NCBI GenBank assembly: GCA_937908115.1
Contig: CALEQZ010000041.1
Span: 73,544-137,543, forward strand
Direction: 5' to 3'
Source: an uncultured Alcaligenaceae bacterium
GTDB taxonomy: Bacteria; Pseudomonadota; Gammaproteobacteria; Burkholderiales; Burkholderiaceae_B
Length of the DNA: 64,000 nt
The notes beneath the pieces were generated by a model that made no database searches, was not told the DNA's origin, and saw nothing but the letters and a program-made list of their open reading frames with translations. Both the position numbers and the translations under genes were made by a program. This document shows, piece after piece, positions 36,878 through 46,627 of the stretch (within the stretch, counting starts at the first letter, position 1; the number at the start of each line of letters is the position of its first letter).

Positions 36878-39378
36878 ATCGCGGCCTGCTGGCCGGCGTG
36901 GCAGTGGCAGCCGCGCTCGGCCTTGTCCTCGCGCTGACGCTCAACAGCTATTACGTGTTTGTCCTGGCCACCATCGCGCTGGTGGCTATCGTGGGCATCG
37001 GCCTGAACGTGCTGCTGGGGCTGACCGGCCAGGTATCGTTCGGCCATGTCGGCTTCTATGCGGTCGGCGCGTACGCCGTGGCCATCCTCACCACTGGCGC
37101 AGGATGGAGTTTTTGGCCGGCCTGGGCCGTGGGCACACTGGCCGCGGCGGCGCTGGGGGCGCTGCTGGCGCTGCCGGCCTTGCGGGTCAAGGGGCCGTAC
37201 CTGGCGATGGTGACGATCGCCTTCAGCTTCATCGTCCAGCATGCCGCCGTCGAGATGCGCGATGTGACCGGCGGGCAGAACGGCATCATGGGCGTGCCCG
37301 CGCCGGCGCTACTGCCCGGCTGGGGCGCCGAGCAAGCCATCGCGGTGCTGGCGATCATCGTGGCGGCGTTGCTGGTGCTCGCCTACGCGCGCCTGTCCGG
37401 TGGCGTCTGGGGCGCGGCCATGCGGGCCGTGCGCGACACGGAAACGGCAGCGGCTTCGATCGGGCTCAATCCCCTGGCGATCAAGACGGCAGCCTTTGCG
37501 CTGTCAGCCGCTGCGGCCGGCCTGGCAGGCGGACTGTTCGCGCCGCTGTCGGGATTCGTCACGCCCGACACGTTCAGCTTCATGCAGTCCATCCTGTTCG
37601 TGCTGGTGGTCGTCGTCGGCGGCGCGGGCACGGTGGCGGGCCCGATAATCGGCGCGCTCGTGGTCGGGGCGCTGCCCGAGCTGCTGGCCTCGCTGGAGGC
37701 CTACCGGCTGCTGCTTTTCGGCGCGCTGCTGCTGGTCGTGCTGTGGGTGGCGCCGGAAGGCGCGGCCGGCATGGTGCGCCAGGCCCTGCGGCGCCAGCCT
37801 GCGCCGCGCCTGCCCGACGACGGGGCGCAAGCTGCCGCCGCGCCGGGCGATGCGCTGGCGCAGCGTTCGCGCGCGCAGCTGCGGGCCCGTGGGCTGGGCA
37901 TGACCTTCGGCGGGGTCAGGGCGGTCGCGGACCTGGACGTGCAGATCGCCGGCGGCGCCGTCACCAGCCTGATCGGCCCCAATGGCGCCGGCAAGACGAC
38001 TGCGCTGAACATGCTCAGCGGCTTCTACCGCCCCACGGCCGGCGAGTTCGAACTGGCTGGCGCCGATGGGCGGGCCCGGGCGCTGCGCGGCCTGCCGGCG
38101 CATGCCATCGCGCGCGCCGGCGTCGCGCGCACCTACCAGACGTCGCAGCTGTTCGGCAGCCTGAGCGTCGAGGACAATGTCCTGCTGGCCATGTCTTGTG
38201 GCCGGCTGGGGCCGCTGTTCGGCACGGCGCGGCTGGCCGACCCGCAGGCCCGTGCGCGCGCCCGCGCGCTGCTGGCTTTTTGCGGCTATCGCGGCGCGCC
38301 GCAGGCATCGGCCTCGGGGCTGGCGCACGTTGATCGCAGGCTCGTCGAGATCGCACGCGCCCTGGCAACCGACCCGGACGTCCTGCTGCTGGACGAACCG
38401 GCCGCCGGACTGTCGCGCGAGGACAAGGACGCGCTCGCGGCGCTGCTGGCGCGCATCGGCGCGGCCGGGGTGGGCGTGGCGCTGGTCGAGCACGACATGG
38501 CGCTGGTCATGGGCATTTCGCACCACGTGCTGGTGCTGGACGCCGGGCGCCAGCTGGCCTGGGGCAACCCGCAGCAGGTGCAGCGCGATCCGGCCGTGCG
38601 CCAGGCTTACCTCGGGGAATCGCTGCAGGCCAGGCCCAGGCCGCGCGCGCCGTCGGCCGCCCTGGCGCCCGAGATGCTGGCGGTGGCCGACCTGGTGGCC
38701 GGCTACGGCGCAGAGCCCGTGCTGCACGGCGTCAGCCTGCAAGTGCGCAAGGGCGAGACGGTGGCGCTGCTGGGCGCCAACGGCGCGGGCAAGTCCACGC
38801 TGATGCGCTGCCTGGCAGGGCTGCATGCCGTCCAGTCGGGCGCCATGCATCTGGACGGCCACGCGCTGGAGCGGCGCGGCGCCGAGGGCGTCGTGCGGCT
38901 GGGCATGGTCCTGGTGCCCGAAGGGCGGCAGGTGTTCCCGGAGCTGTCGGTGCTGGACAACATCCGCCTGGGCGGCTTTTTGCACCCGCAAGGCCGCGAG
39001 GAAAGGGTGCAAACCATGCTGCGGCGCTTTCCCCGCCTGCGCGAGCGGCAGCATCAGCGCGCCGGCCTGCTGTCCGGGGGTGAGCAGCAGATGCTTGCCG
39101 TGGCCCGCGGGCTGATGGCCCTGCCGCGCGTGCTGCTGTTGGACGAGCCGTCGCTCGGACTGGCGCCCAAGGTGATCGCCGAATTGTTCGCGTCGCTGGA
39201 CGCCTTGCGCAGCGAGGACATGACCATCGTCCAGGTCGACCAGATGGCCGGCCTTGCGCTGGCCCTGGCCGACCGGGCCTACGTGCTGGAAAACGGCTGC
39301 ATGGTGGCCGAGGGCAGCGCAGCAGAGATCGCCGCCGACGAAAGCCTGGCCGAGGCCTACCTGGGGGGCCACGCCTGA
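36874..39378 (+). CDS. fused LivM-type permease, LivG-type ATPase and LivF-type ATPase (single 834-aa polypeptide)
   Basis: The ATG at 36874 overlaps the LivH stop (ATGA). It has an N-terminal polytopic LivM domain ([19 protein letters not shown]), a first Walker [10 protein letters not shown], a second Walker [10 protein letters not shown] with signature LSGGEQQML, and no stop codon between the modules. Confidence 0.88.
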   Translation: MNRGLLAGVAVAAALGLVLALTLNSYYVFVLATIALVAIVGIGLNVLLGLTGQVSFGHVGFYAVGAYAVAILTTGAGWSFWPAWAVGTLAAAALGALLALPALRVKGPYLAMVTIAFSFIVQHAAVEMRDVTGGQNGIMGVPAPALLPGWGAEQAIAVLAIIVAALLVLAYARLSGGVWGAAMRAVRDTETAAASIGLNPLAIKTAAFALSAAAAGLAGGLFAPLSGFVTPDTFSFMQSILFVLVVVVGGAGTVAGPIIGALVVGALPELLASLEAYRLLLFGALLLVVLWVAPEGAAGMVRQALRRQPAPRLPDDGAQAAAAPGDALAQRSRAQLRARGLGMTFGGVRAVADLDVQIAGGAVTSLIGPNGAGKTTALNMLSGFYRPTAGEFELAGADGRARALRGLPAHAIARAGVARTYQTSQLFGSLSVEDNVLLAMSCGRLGPLFGTARLADPQARARARALLAFCGYRGAPQASASGLAHVDRRLVEIARALATDPDVLLLDEPAAGLSREDKDALAALLARIGAAGVGVALVEHDMALVMGISHHVLVLDAGRQLAWGNPQQVQRDPAVRQAYLGESLQARPRPRAPSAALAPEMLAVADLVAGYGAEPVLHGVSLQVRKGETVALLGANGAGKSTLMRCLAGLHAVQSGAMHLDGHALERRGAEGVVRLGMVLVPEGRQVFPELSVLDNIRLGGFLHPQGREERVQTMLRRFPRLRERQHQRAGLLSGGEQQMLAVARGLMALPRVLLLDEPSLGLAPKVIAELFASLDALRSEDMTIVQVDQMAGLALALADRAYVLENGCMVAEGSAAEIAADESLAEAYLGGHA

Positions 39379-39426
39379 AGCGGGCGCGGGCCGTCGCCCG
39401 GCACGGCGCTGCAGGCGCGCAAGCGG

Positions 39427-40185
39427 TCAGTGCGCGAAGTAGTGCATGCCGCCGTCCACCGGGATCACCGCCCCGGTGATGTAGGCGGCCAGCGGCGAGC
39501 ACAGGAAGGCGGCCAGGTTGCCCAGGTCTTCGGGTTCGCCGAAGTGGCCGATGGGGATGTTGGCCTCGATGAATGCCTGGCGCGCTTCGTCGGTGGGGTA
39601 CAGGCGGGCCAGGATCTGTTCGCTGTTGATGCGCCCGGGCGCAATGGTGTTGACCGTTACGCCTTCGCGCGCCACGTCGCACGACACCCCCTTGGCCCAT
39701 ATGTGCACGGCGGCCTTGGCCGCGCTGGCGGCGTTCAGGCTGCGCGGCTCCATCGAGCCGCTGATGTTGACGATGCGGCCCCAGCCGCGCGCGCGCATCC
39801 CCGGCAGCACGGCGTCGGTCAGGCGCCTGACGGCGGTGAAGTTCAGGGCCATGGCCTCGTCCCAGGCATCGTCGCCGGCATCGACGGGCAAGGGGCGCGA
39901 CCCGCCGGCGCAGTTGACCAGGATGTCGACCTGTCCGAGGCCTTGCACGGCTTGGCGCGCGATGTCGCCCGGCCCATCGGCCTGAGTGACGTCGGCGCCG
40001 ATGACCAGCGGCCGGTGGTGGCCGGCCGCCGCGATCTCGTCGGCCAGGGCCTGCAGCCGGTCGGCCCGGCGCGCCGTGATGGCCAGCCGCACGCCTTCGC
40101 GCGCCAGGCAGCGGGCGATGCCCGTGCCGATGCCGGTGCTGGCGCCGGTGACGATGGCGGTTCGGTTGGCGATATGGAGGTCCAT
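39427..40185 (-). CDS. SDR-family oxidoreductase
   Basis: 252 aa with TGASTGIGTGIA, NCAG, and a catalytic S...K region (Y replaced in context AAKAAV). Confidence 0.88.
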   Translation of the reverse strand: MDLHIANRTAIVTGASTGIGTGIARCLAREGVRLAITARRADRLQALADEIAAAGHHRPLVIGADVTQADGPGDIARQAVQGLGQVDILVNCAGGSRPLPVDAGDDAWDEAMALNFTAVRRLTDAVLPGMRARGWGRIVNISGSMEPRSLNAASAAKAAVHIWAKGVSCDVAREGVTVNTIAPGRINSEQILARLYPTDEARQAFIEANIPIGHFGEPEDLGNLAAFLCSPLAAYITGAVIPVDGGMHYFAH

Positions 40186-40243
40186 GGCGCAAGGGCTGGG
40201 CGCGAAGGCGACGCGCCCATTATAGGTGCGCCCGGCGCGCCTG

Positions 40244-41203
40244 CTAGTCCACGGACATGCCGGTCAGTTCCACCACTTCGGCGTACTTCTTGATCTCCTT
40301 GACCAGGAAGTCGGCCAGTTCCTGCGGCGTGCTGCTCTGGGCGTGCGCCGCCTGCGTGGCCATCAGCTCCTGGAAGGGCTTGGACGCGACCGCGGCCCGC
40401 ACCGCCTTGTTCAGGCGCTCGACGTCATCGGCCGCCAGCTTGGCCGGGCCGAAGACGCCGTACCAGGACGAGAACTCGAAGTCGGGGATCCGGTCGGCGA
40501 TCGGCGGCACGCCGGGGAACTCCTTCAGCGGCTCCAGGCTGGTGACGCCGAGCACCTTGATCGCGCCCTTCGGCACCGACAGCACGTTGGCCGCGGCATT
40601 GAACATCATGTCGATGTGGTTGCCCAGCAGGTCGACCTGCGCCGGGGCCGCGCCCTTGTACGGCACGGTGCGGATATCGACGCCTGCGCGGGCCTTGAAC
40701 ACCTCGGTGGCCATGTGCAGCGACGACCCCAGGCCGCCCAGGCCGGCGGTGTACTTGCCCGGATTGGCCTTGAGCGTGGCCATCAGTTCTTCCATGTTGT
40801 TGGCGGGGAAGTCCTTGCGCACCGCCAGCACGCTGGGCACGGTCGCCAGCAGCGAGATGGGCGCAAAGTCCTTGACCGGATCGTAGGTCAGGTTCTTGTA
40901 CAAGCTGGGGTTGGCCGAAAAGCTCGTGTAGCTGACCAGCAGGGTGTTGCCGTCCGGGGCGCTGCGGGCCACGTGCTCGGCGGCGATGTTGCCGGCTGCC
41001 CCGGCCTTGTTCTCGACCACGACGGTGCGCCCGAGCTCGTCGGCCATGCCCTTGGCCAGGCTGCGCGCGACCAGGTCGGTGACGCCGCCCGGCGAGGCGC
41101 CGACGATAAGCCGGATGGGCTGGTTCTGGGCAAGCGACGGCAGCGGCGCCAGGGCGAGCGTGGCCGCGATGGCGGCAAGGGCGGTACGGCGGGTATGGTG
41201 CAT
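40244..41203 (-). CDS. Bug/TctC-family periplasmic solute receptor (copy 4)
   Basis: Internal ATG (MHHTRRTAL..) of ORF 40244..41227. It has a signal peptide and QNQPIRLIVGASPGGVTDLVAR. Confidence 0.9.
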   Translation of the reverse strand: MHHTRRTALAAIAATLALAPLPSLAQNQPIRLIVGASPGGVTDLVARSLAKGMADELGRTVVVENKAGAAGNIAAEHVARSAPDGNTLLVSYTSFSANPSLYKNLTYDPVKDFAPISLLATVPSVLAVRKDFPANNMEELMATLKANPGKYTAGLGGLGSSLHMATEVFKARAGVDIRTVPYKGAAPAQVDLLGNHIDMMFNAAANVLSVPKGAIKVLGVTSLEPLKEFPGVPPIADRIPDFEFSSWYGVFGPAKLAADDVERLNKAVRAAVASKPFQELMATQAAHAQSSTPQELADFLVKEIKKYAEVVELTGMSVD

Positions 41204-41242
41204 GGCGAACCTCTCTCTTGAAGACAAAGCTGGGGAAACGGA

Positions 41243-42445
41243 CTACCAGGCCGCCTGCAGCAGCTGCAGGGCGGCCTCATGGGTGACGGGCGGGCCGGGG
41301 TTGAAGTGCAACCCCCGGTCGCCCAGGACGTGGTCTGCGACTGCCGGCAGAACCGCGGCGTCCAGCTGCGTGTCGCGCAGGCGCATCGGCACGCCGATGG
41401 CCGCTTGCAGGCGCACCACGGCTTCGATGGCGGCGTCGGCGGCGGATTCTTCGCTCTGGCCCGCCTCTTCCACGCCCAGCGCCTGCGCTGCCAGGCGCAG
41501 GCGCGCCGCAGCCGCGGGCCGGTTGAACCGCATGACGTGGGGCAGCATGATGGCGTTGGCGTCGCCGTGCGACACGCCGCCGAGCGCGCCCAGGCAATGG
41601 CATAGCGCATGGTGCAGGCAGGGGCGCGCATTGACCAGAGCCATGCCGCTGAGGTGCGAGCCGTACAGCACCTCCTCGCGCGCCGGGACGCTGGCGGGAT
41701 CGCGGCGCACGGCAGGCAGGCCGCGCGCCAGCAGCCGGATGCCTTCAACGGCCAGGGCGTCCGATACCGGGTTGTGCTGCCTGCTGTACAGGCTTTCGAC
41801 GCAATGGGCAAGCGCGTTCATCCCGGTGCCCAGCATCAGCGCGGCGGGCACTTCGGTGTTGGCCTCGGGGTCGAGGATGACCGTGCGGGCGGCCACCTTC
41901 GGGTCGCGGAAAAGCAGTTTGCGTCCGGCGTCGTCGCGTATGCCCAGGCCGGGCGTGACCTCTGCCGCCGACGCAGTGGTCGGTACCGCGATGATGGGCA
42001 GCTTGGGCTTGTCCAGCGCAGGCGCCTCGAGTTTGTCGGGCGGCGTGAAGCGGGTGGCATGGCGCGCCAGCGGTCCGCCTTCGGCCAGCAGGATGGCGAC
42101 CGCCTTGGCTGTGTCCGATACGCTGCCGCCGCCCAGCGCCAGCAGCAGATCGGCCTGCGCCTGGCGGGCCTGCCCGGCCACGCGCTCGACCAGGCCCACG
42201 CCCGAATGCGGCGTCACCTCGTCGAACACCCCGGCCAGCAGCGGGCCCAGCGCCTGCCTGACCCGCGCGGCCGTAGCGCTGGCCGCGGTCGTCCTGCCCA
42301 TCAGCAGCAGCACGCGCCGGCCGCCCAGCCGGCGTACCTCGTCCGGCAGCAGGGCCAGCGACCCCGCTCCCATCACCACGCGCGCGGCCAGGCCGTCGTG
42401 CGTCATTGTCCGTACGGCGATTCCGGTATTGCTGTCTGCCTGCAT
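41243..42445 (-). CDS. iron-containing alcohol dehydrogenase family (maleylacetate reductase-like)
   Basis: Internal ATG (MQADSNTG..) of ORF 41243..42529, 400 aa. It has GGGSVSDTAKAVA and the His cluster ...HALCHCLGALGGVSHGDANA. Confidence 0.88.
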   Translation of the reverse strand: MQADSNTGIAVRTMTHDGLAARVVMGAGSLALLPDEVRRLGGRRVLLLMGRTTAASATAARVRQALGPLLAGVFDEVTPHSGVGLVERVAGQARQAQADLLLALGGGSVSDTAKAVAILLAEGGPLARHATRFTPPDKLEAPALDKPKLPIIAVPTTASAAEVTPGLGIRDDAGRKLLFRDPKVAARTVILDPEANTEVPAALMLGTGMNALAHCVESLYSRQHNPVSDALAVEGIRLLARGLPAVRRDPASVPAREEVLYGSHLSGMALVNARPCLHHALCHCLGALGGVSHGDANAIMLPHVMRFNRPAAAARLRLAAQALGVEEAGQSEESAADAAIEAVVRLQAAIGVPMRLRDTQLDAAVLPAVADHVLGDRGLHFNPGPPVTHEAALQLLQAAW

Positions 42446-42571
42446 GGCCTGCTCTTCATCTTTATAGTCGTTGGCACGGCGCCTTGCGGCGCGCGCCGGT
42501 TCCCCCGCCGGGGGCCGACGCCTTCGCAACGGGCGAGGGCGCCGGTCCGGGTCGTTGCTGCGGTATGCGCG

Positions 42572-43081
42572 TCAGGCTCTCCTGCCCAGCCGCTGCAGCG
42601 TGTATGCCTCCAGGCCGCCGGCCTGCAGGATGGAAATGATGCCAGCCGGCGTGGGCGTTACCTTCAGGGCGGTTTCCTGCCCCGGCAGCCGCGCCAGGCC
42701 CTGGGCGAGGTCCAGCTCCAGCCGGTCCCCGGTCTGCACGCGCGGCGGCACTTCGGGGCAGATGACGCTGGGCAGCCCCAGGTTGATGGCGTCGCGCTCC
42801 CAGGCCGCTGCAAAGCTCTGGGCCACCACGCCGCCCAGGCCCATGGCCTTGAACGCGCCGACCAGGCCTTCCAGGTGCTTGCCGGTGCCGAAGGCCCGCC
42901 CGGCGACGATGATGTCGCCGGGCCGGGCGCGCGAGGCGAAGTCCGGCATCACGTCCTCCAGCACGTGGGGGACCAGCTTGTCGAATTCGCCGGCGCGCAC
43001 CATGCCGTCGTACTTGCCCGAAAGAAAGTAATTGCTGGTGACGTTGTCGCCGAACTTCCAGACCGTACCTTTCAATATCAT
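42572..43081 (-). CDS. aconitase-family hydro-lyase small subunit (LeuD-like)
   Basis: 169-aa swivel domain with KFGDNVTSNYF and IIVAGRAFGTGKHLEG. Confidence 0.88.
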   Translation of the reverse strand: MILKGTVWKFGDNVTSNYFLSGKYDGMVRAGEFDKLVPHVLEDVMPDFASRARPGDIIVAGRAFGTGKHLEGLVGAFKAMGLGGVVAQSFAAAWERDAINLGLPSVICPEVPPRVQTGDRLELDLAQGLARLPGQETALKVTPTPAGIISILQAGGLEAYTLQRLGRRA

Positions 43082-44361
43082 GCCTTGCCTCCGGTATCGC
43101 CGGCCCGCTGCGCCGGCGCGCTGATGCGCCCCGCAACGGCCGAGGCCGCCACCACGGCTGCGTTGGCCAGGTAGATCTTGGCCGTGCTGCTGCCCATGCG
43201 GCCAGGCCAGTTCTCCACCGATCCGGTGATGCAGACTTCGCCGTCGTCGAGCAGCAGCGGCGACTGGTTGCCGTAGAAGCAGGCGCCGCAGCCCGGCGTC
43301 GTGACGGTCGCCCCGGCGCCGACGAAGGTGGCGATCAACCCTTCCTCGGTCGCCTGCGCCATCACTTCGGAGGAAATGGGCGTGACGACCAGGCGCACGC
43401 CCGGATGCACCTTGCGCCCGCGCAGCACGTCGGCCGCCAGGCGCAGGTCGTGCATGCGGCCCGACGAACAGGAGCCGATGTAGGCCGCGTCGATGCCGAC
43501 GCTCCCGACGGCATCCAGCGGCTGGATGCGGCTGGGGTCGTCCGGTCCGGACACCAGCGGCTGGAAACTGCCGAGGTCGTATTCGCGGGTCTCGACGTAG
43601 TCAGCATCCGGATCGGCCTGCACGGGCTCGTAGCCTTGCCGCACACGTCCCTTCAGGTAGGCCTGCAGCACCGCGTCGTGCGGGAAGACCATGGTCAGCG
43701 CGCCCATGTGCGGCGCGCCGTTGGCCACGGCCATGCGCACGTCCAGGGGGATGGTATTCACCCCGGGCCCGTCGAACTCCAGCACCCGGCCTTCGGCCAC
43801 GCCCGCCAGGTCCTGCATCAGGCGGAAATAGATGTCCTTGCCCAGCACGCCGGGGGGCAGTTCGCCGTTCAGGACGATGCGGATGCATTCCGGCGCGCGC
43901 AGCCACATGTCGCCGGTGGCCATGATGTAGGGGATGGCGTCCAGGGTGGCGACCGCAAAGCAATTGAACGCCCCCAGCGTCGGCCCCTGCGTATCGGCGG
44001 CCGCGTACACCGTGCCGGGCAGCACGTAGCCGTGCTCGGCCGGTATCTGGTGCGATAGCCCGTGGCGCCCGATGTCGTAGACGTTTTCCACAGGGATGTC
44101 TTGCCTGCGCGCCCACGACCGGATCATCGGGAAGTTGCCGACGCCGTCGCCCAGGTTGCGGTACAGGTGGTCGAACGTGATGACCACGCGCGACGGGTCC
44201 CATACCTTCAGGCCGTTGCTGTCGAAGAACCGTATCCAGTGCCGGAAGTTGCTGGAATCCATCAGCGACACCGTCTGCACGCTCGCCCACAGGAAATCCC
44301 CGCGCGAGACCGGGCGGCCGGCCGCCCGGGACAGGATTTTTTCGGACATCGTCTGGCCCAT
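43078..44361 (-). CDS. aconitase-family hydro-lyase large subunit (LeuC-like)
   Basis: Internal ATG (MGQTMSEKIL..) of ORF 43078..45216, 427 aa. It has Fe-S ligand contexts (IGSCSSGR, PGCGACF). The stop overlaps the LeuD-like start. Confidence 0.88.
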   Translation of the reverse strand: MGQTMSEKILSRAAGRPVSRGDFLWASVQTVSLMDSSNFRHWIRFFDSNGLKVWDPSRVVITFDHLYRNLGDGVGNFPMIRSWARRQDIPVENVYDIGRHGLSHQIPAEHGYVLPGTVYAAADTQGPTLGAFNCFAVATLDAIPYIMATGDMWLRAPECIRIVLNGELPPGVLGKDIYFRLMQDLAGVAEGRVLEFDGPGVNTIPLDVRMAVANGAPHMGALTMVFPHDAVLQAYLKGRVRQGYEPVQADPDADYVETREYDLGSFQPLVSGPDDPSRIQPLDAVGSVGIDAAYIGSCSSGRMHDLRLAADVLRGRKVHPGVRLVVTPISSEVMAQATEEGLIATFVGAGATVTTPGCGACFYGNQSPLLLDDGEVCITGSVENWPGRMGSSTAKIYLANAAVVAASAVAGRISAPAQRAGDTGGKA

Positions 44362-44396
44362 GGGGCTATCTCCTCGCATCCCTTTGGGTCGTGGCG

Positions 44397-45281
44397 CTAC
44401 GCGGCGTCGGTCGGGAACCGCGCGCTCCATTCGTTGAATTCCGGCAGGCCAGCCAGCGCGTTGATTTCGTCGAACCCGGCAAAGGCGCCCAGCGAGCCCT
44501 GCACGCTGCCCGACGCGGCCAGTTCGCGCAGCACGTTGCGCTGCGCAGCCACGCCGGCCAGCAGCAGGATGGACGGATGGATGACCATGGAAAAGCCGCG
44601 CTTGCCGGCTTCCTCGGGCGTGACCAGGTGGCTGAGCTTCTTGAGCATGACCGACATGGGCAGCATGACGGTGGGCTTGCGCGCCGCAGCGGCGATCGCG
44701 CGCATTTCCTCTTCCGAGGAAATGTCCAGCACCATGGTCACGTCCGCGCCTGCGTCTTCCCAGGCGGCCAGCCTGCGCAGCGCCTCGTCCAGGCCGTGCA
44801 CGCCCAGCGCATCGGTGCGGCCGATGATGACCATGCCGTCCGGGTCGCGGCGGGCGGCCGCCGCGGCGCGCAGCTTTTGCTGCATTTCGTGCACCGGCAC
44901 CAGCTCCTTGCCGGCAATGGCCGCGCAGCGCTTGGGCGTGATCTGGTCTTCCAGCTGAATGGCGGCGGCGCCGGCCTGCTCCAGGGCGCGGACCGTCTCC
45001 ACCACGTTCGGTATGCCGCCGTAGCCCGTGTCGGCGTCGACGATCAGCGGGATCGACACGGACTGGGCGATGCTGCGGGCGCGCTCGACGACGTCGGCCA
45101 TGGCAAGGATGCCGATGTCGGGCTTGCCGCAGCTGGCGGCCACGCAGAACCCCGACATATAGGCGGCCGGAAAGCCCAGGGACTCGATCAGCCGCGCCCC
45201 CATGGCGTCGTAGCACCCCGGCGCCATGGCGGTCTGCGGGCCGGATATGAGTTCTCGAAGACGTTTACCTGGCGACTGCAT
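44397..45281 (-). CDS. isocitrate lyase/PEP mutase-family enzyme (methylisocitrate/dimethylmalate lyase-like)
   Basis: 294 aa with PLIVDADTGYGG, AAIQLEDQITPKRC and IIGRTDA. Confidence 0.88.
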   Translation of the reverse strand: MQSPGKRLRELISGPQTAMAPGCYDAMGARLIESLGFPAAYMSGFCVAASCGKPDIGILAMADVVERARSIAQSVSIPLIVDADTGYGGIPNVVETVRALEQAGAAAIQLEDQITPKRCAAIAGKELVPVHEMQQKLRAAAAARRDPDGMVIIGRTDALGVHGLDEALRRLAAWEDAGADVTMVLDISSEEEMRAIAAAARKPTVMLPMSVMLKKLSHLVTPEEAGKRGFSMVIHPSILLLAGVAAQRNVLRELAASGSVQGSLGAFAGFDEINALAGLPEFNEWSARFPTDAA

Positions 45282-45320
45282 CGGAGGATCTCCAAAAAGT
45301 ATTGGTGTGGCGGGCGGGGT

Positions 45321-46310
45321 CTACTCGTTGGCCTTGATGCCCGCGTCGGCGATGAATTTTGCCCAGCGGGCGCGCTCGGACTTGATGAATGCCGCGAACT
45401 CCTGCGGGCTGCTCCCCTTGAGTTGGTAGCCCAGGGGAGTGAGCTTTTTGGCGACTTCCGGCATGGCCAGCACGGCGTTGAGCTCGGTGTTCAGGCGTTC
45501 GACGATGGCCGGGGGCGTGCCCTGGGGCGCCAGCAGGCCCAGCCAGGGCGCAAACTGGTAGTTGGGGAATCCCGATTCGGCTACCGTGGGTACGTCCGGC
45601 ACCAGCGCCGACCGGGTGGCGTCCGTGACGGCGAACGCCCGCAGCTTGCCGCCGTTGACCAGGGGCAGGGCCGACGGCAGGGCATCGAACAGCACCTGGA
45701 TATGGTCGCCTTGCAGGTCGGTCAGCGCGGGGGCGCTGCCCTTGTAGGGGATTTGCGTCATCTGTATGCCGGCCAGCTGCTTGAGCAGTTCGGCCGCCAG
45801 GTGGGCGCCGCTGCCGTTGCCGGTCGCGCCGTAGTTCAGCCGGCCGGGACGGGACTTGGCCAGGTCGATGAGCTCGCGCAGGTTGTTTGCCTGCACCTTG
45901 GGGCTGACCACCAGGATGAGCGGGGTGGTGGCGATGCGGCCTATCGGGGCGTAGTCCTTGACCGGGTCGTAGGGCAGGTCCTTGTAGAGGCTGGGATGGA
46001 CCGCCAGGGTGCTGAAGTAGCCCATCAGCAGCGTATAGCCGTCGCCCTCGGCCTGCGCCGCGACCCGGTTGCCGACGATGCCGCTGGCCCCGGGGTGGTT
46101 TTCGACGATGACCGTCTGCCCCAGCCGCTCGGACAGGCGCTCGGCGACCACGCGGCCGAGAATGTCCACCACGCCGCCGGGAGGATAGCCCACGATCATG
46201 CGCACGGGCTTGGTCGGGTAGTCCTGCGCCGAGGCGGGGGCCGTGGCTGCGAATCCGACGGCAGCCAAGGCGGCGGCTGCGATGCAACGGGCAAAGGGCT
46301 GCTTTCCCAT
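45321..46310 (-). CDS. Bug/TctC-family periplasmic solute receptor (copy 5)
   Basis: Internal ATG (MGKQPFARC..) of ORF 45321..46370. It has a signal peptide and QDYPTKPVRMIVGYPPGGVVDILGR. Confidence 0.9.
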   Translation of the reverse strand: MGKQPFARCIAAAALAAVGFAATAPASAQDYPTKPVRMIVGYPPGGVVDILGRVVAERLSERLGQTVIVENHPGASGIVGNRVAAQAEGDGYTLLMGYFSTLAVHPSLYKDLPYDPVKDYAPIGRIATTPLILVVSPKVQANNLRELIDLAKSRPGRLNYGATGNGSGAHLAAELLKQLAGIQMTQIPYKGSAPALTDLQGDHIQVLFDALPSALPLVNGGKLRAFAVTDATRSALVPDVPTVAESGFPNYQFAPWLGLLAPQGTPPAIVERLNTELNAVLAMPEVAKKLTPLGYQLKGSSPQEFAAFIKSERARWAKFIADAGIKANE

Positions 46311-46323
46311 AGTTGTCTCCTGT

Positions 46324-46512
46324 GTTCTGTCTGAAAGAACTATTGTTCTGTTTGATCGAATTATTCCCACAGGACACCGGAACTGTCAAGAAGGATTTCC
46401 CATGCGTTCCGGGATTGTCCGATGTGTGTTCTTTCGTCTGCACCGCGTCATTGACTTGCGCGAACTTAGGCATTTATTCTAATAACAGAATATATGTTCT
46501 GTTTAACAGAAC
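46324..46512. promoter_or_regulatory. AT-rich divergent control region with repeated GTTCTGT/ACAGAAC motifs
   Basis: GTTCTGT occurs at 46324..46330, with AGAAC at 46336..46340 forming GTTCT-N7-AGAAC. GTTCTGTTT is at 46345..46353 and a degenerate GTTCTTT at 46428..46434. AACAGAA-TATATG-TTCTGTT spans 46484..46503, and the perfect palindrome GTTCTGTT-T-AACAGAAC spans 46496..46512. TTGACT lies at 46451..46456 with a -10-like TATTCT at 46475..46480, 18 nt downstream of it. Confidence 0.45.
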
Positions 46513-46627
46513 AATGACGATCGGCACCGGAAACGCTGCAAGTCCGTCCTGCTCATGGGCGGCGGCGCGCACGCAGACGGACCAGGCCGGCAGCCGGGCT
46601 GCCGGCGATTCGCATAAGGAGGCAGTC

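Noticed and set aside
37504-39372. A 622-aa ORF antisense to the LivM-G-F fusion, and the alternate-frame ORF 36741..38333.
   Set aside because: The sense frame contains complete permease and two ABC ATPase domains. The competing frames are Arg/Gly/Ala-rich low-complexity translations.
44362-45216. The N-terminal extension of ORF 43078..45216.
   Set aside because: The LeuC-like protein starts at MGQTMSEKIL (44361). The extension overlaps, out of frame, the well-supported ICL/PEPM gene (44397..45281).
45265-46473. A 402-aa minus-strand ORF overlapping the Bug gene and the AT-rich control region.
   Set aside because: It is an alternate frame of the Bug receptor gene (45321..46310) with an Arg/Pro/Gly-rich translation. 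The Bug frame has the signal peptide and family motifs.
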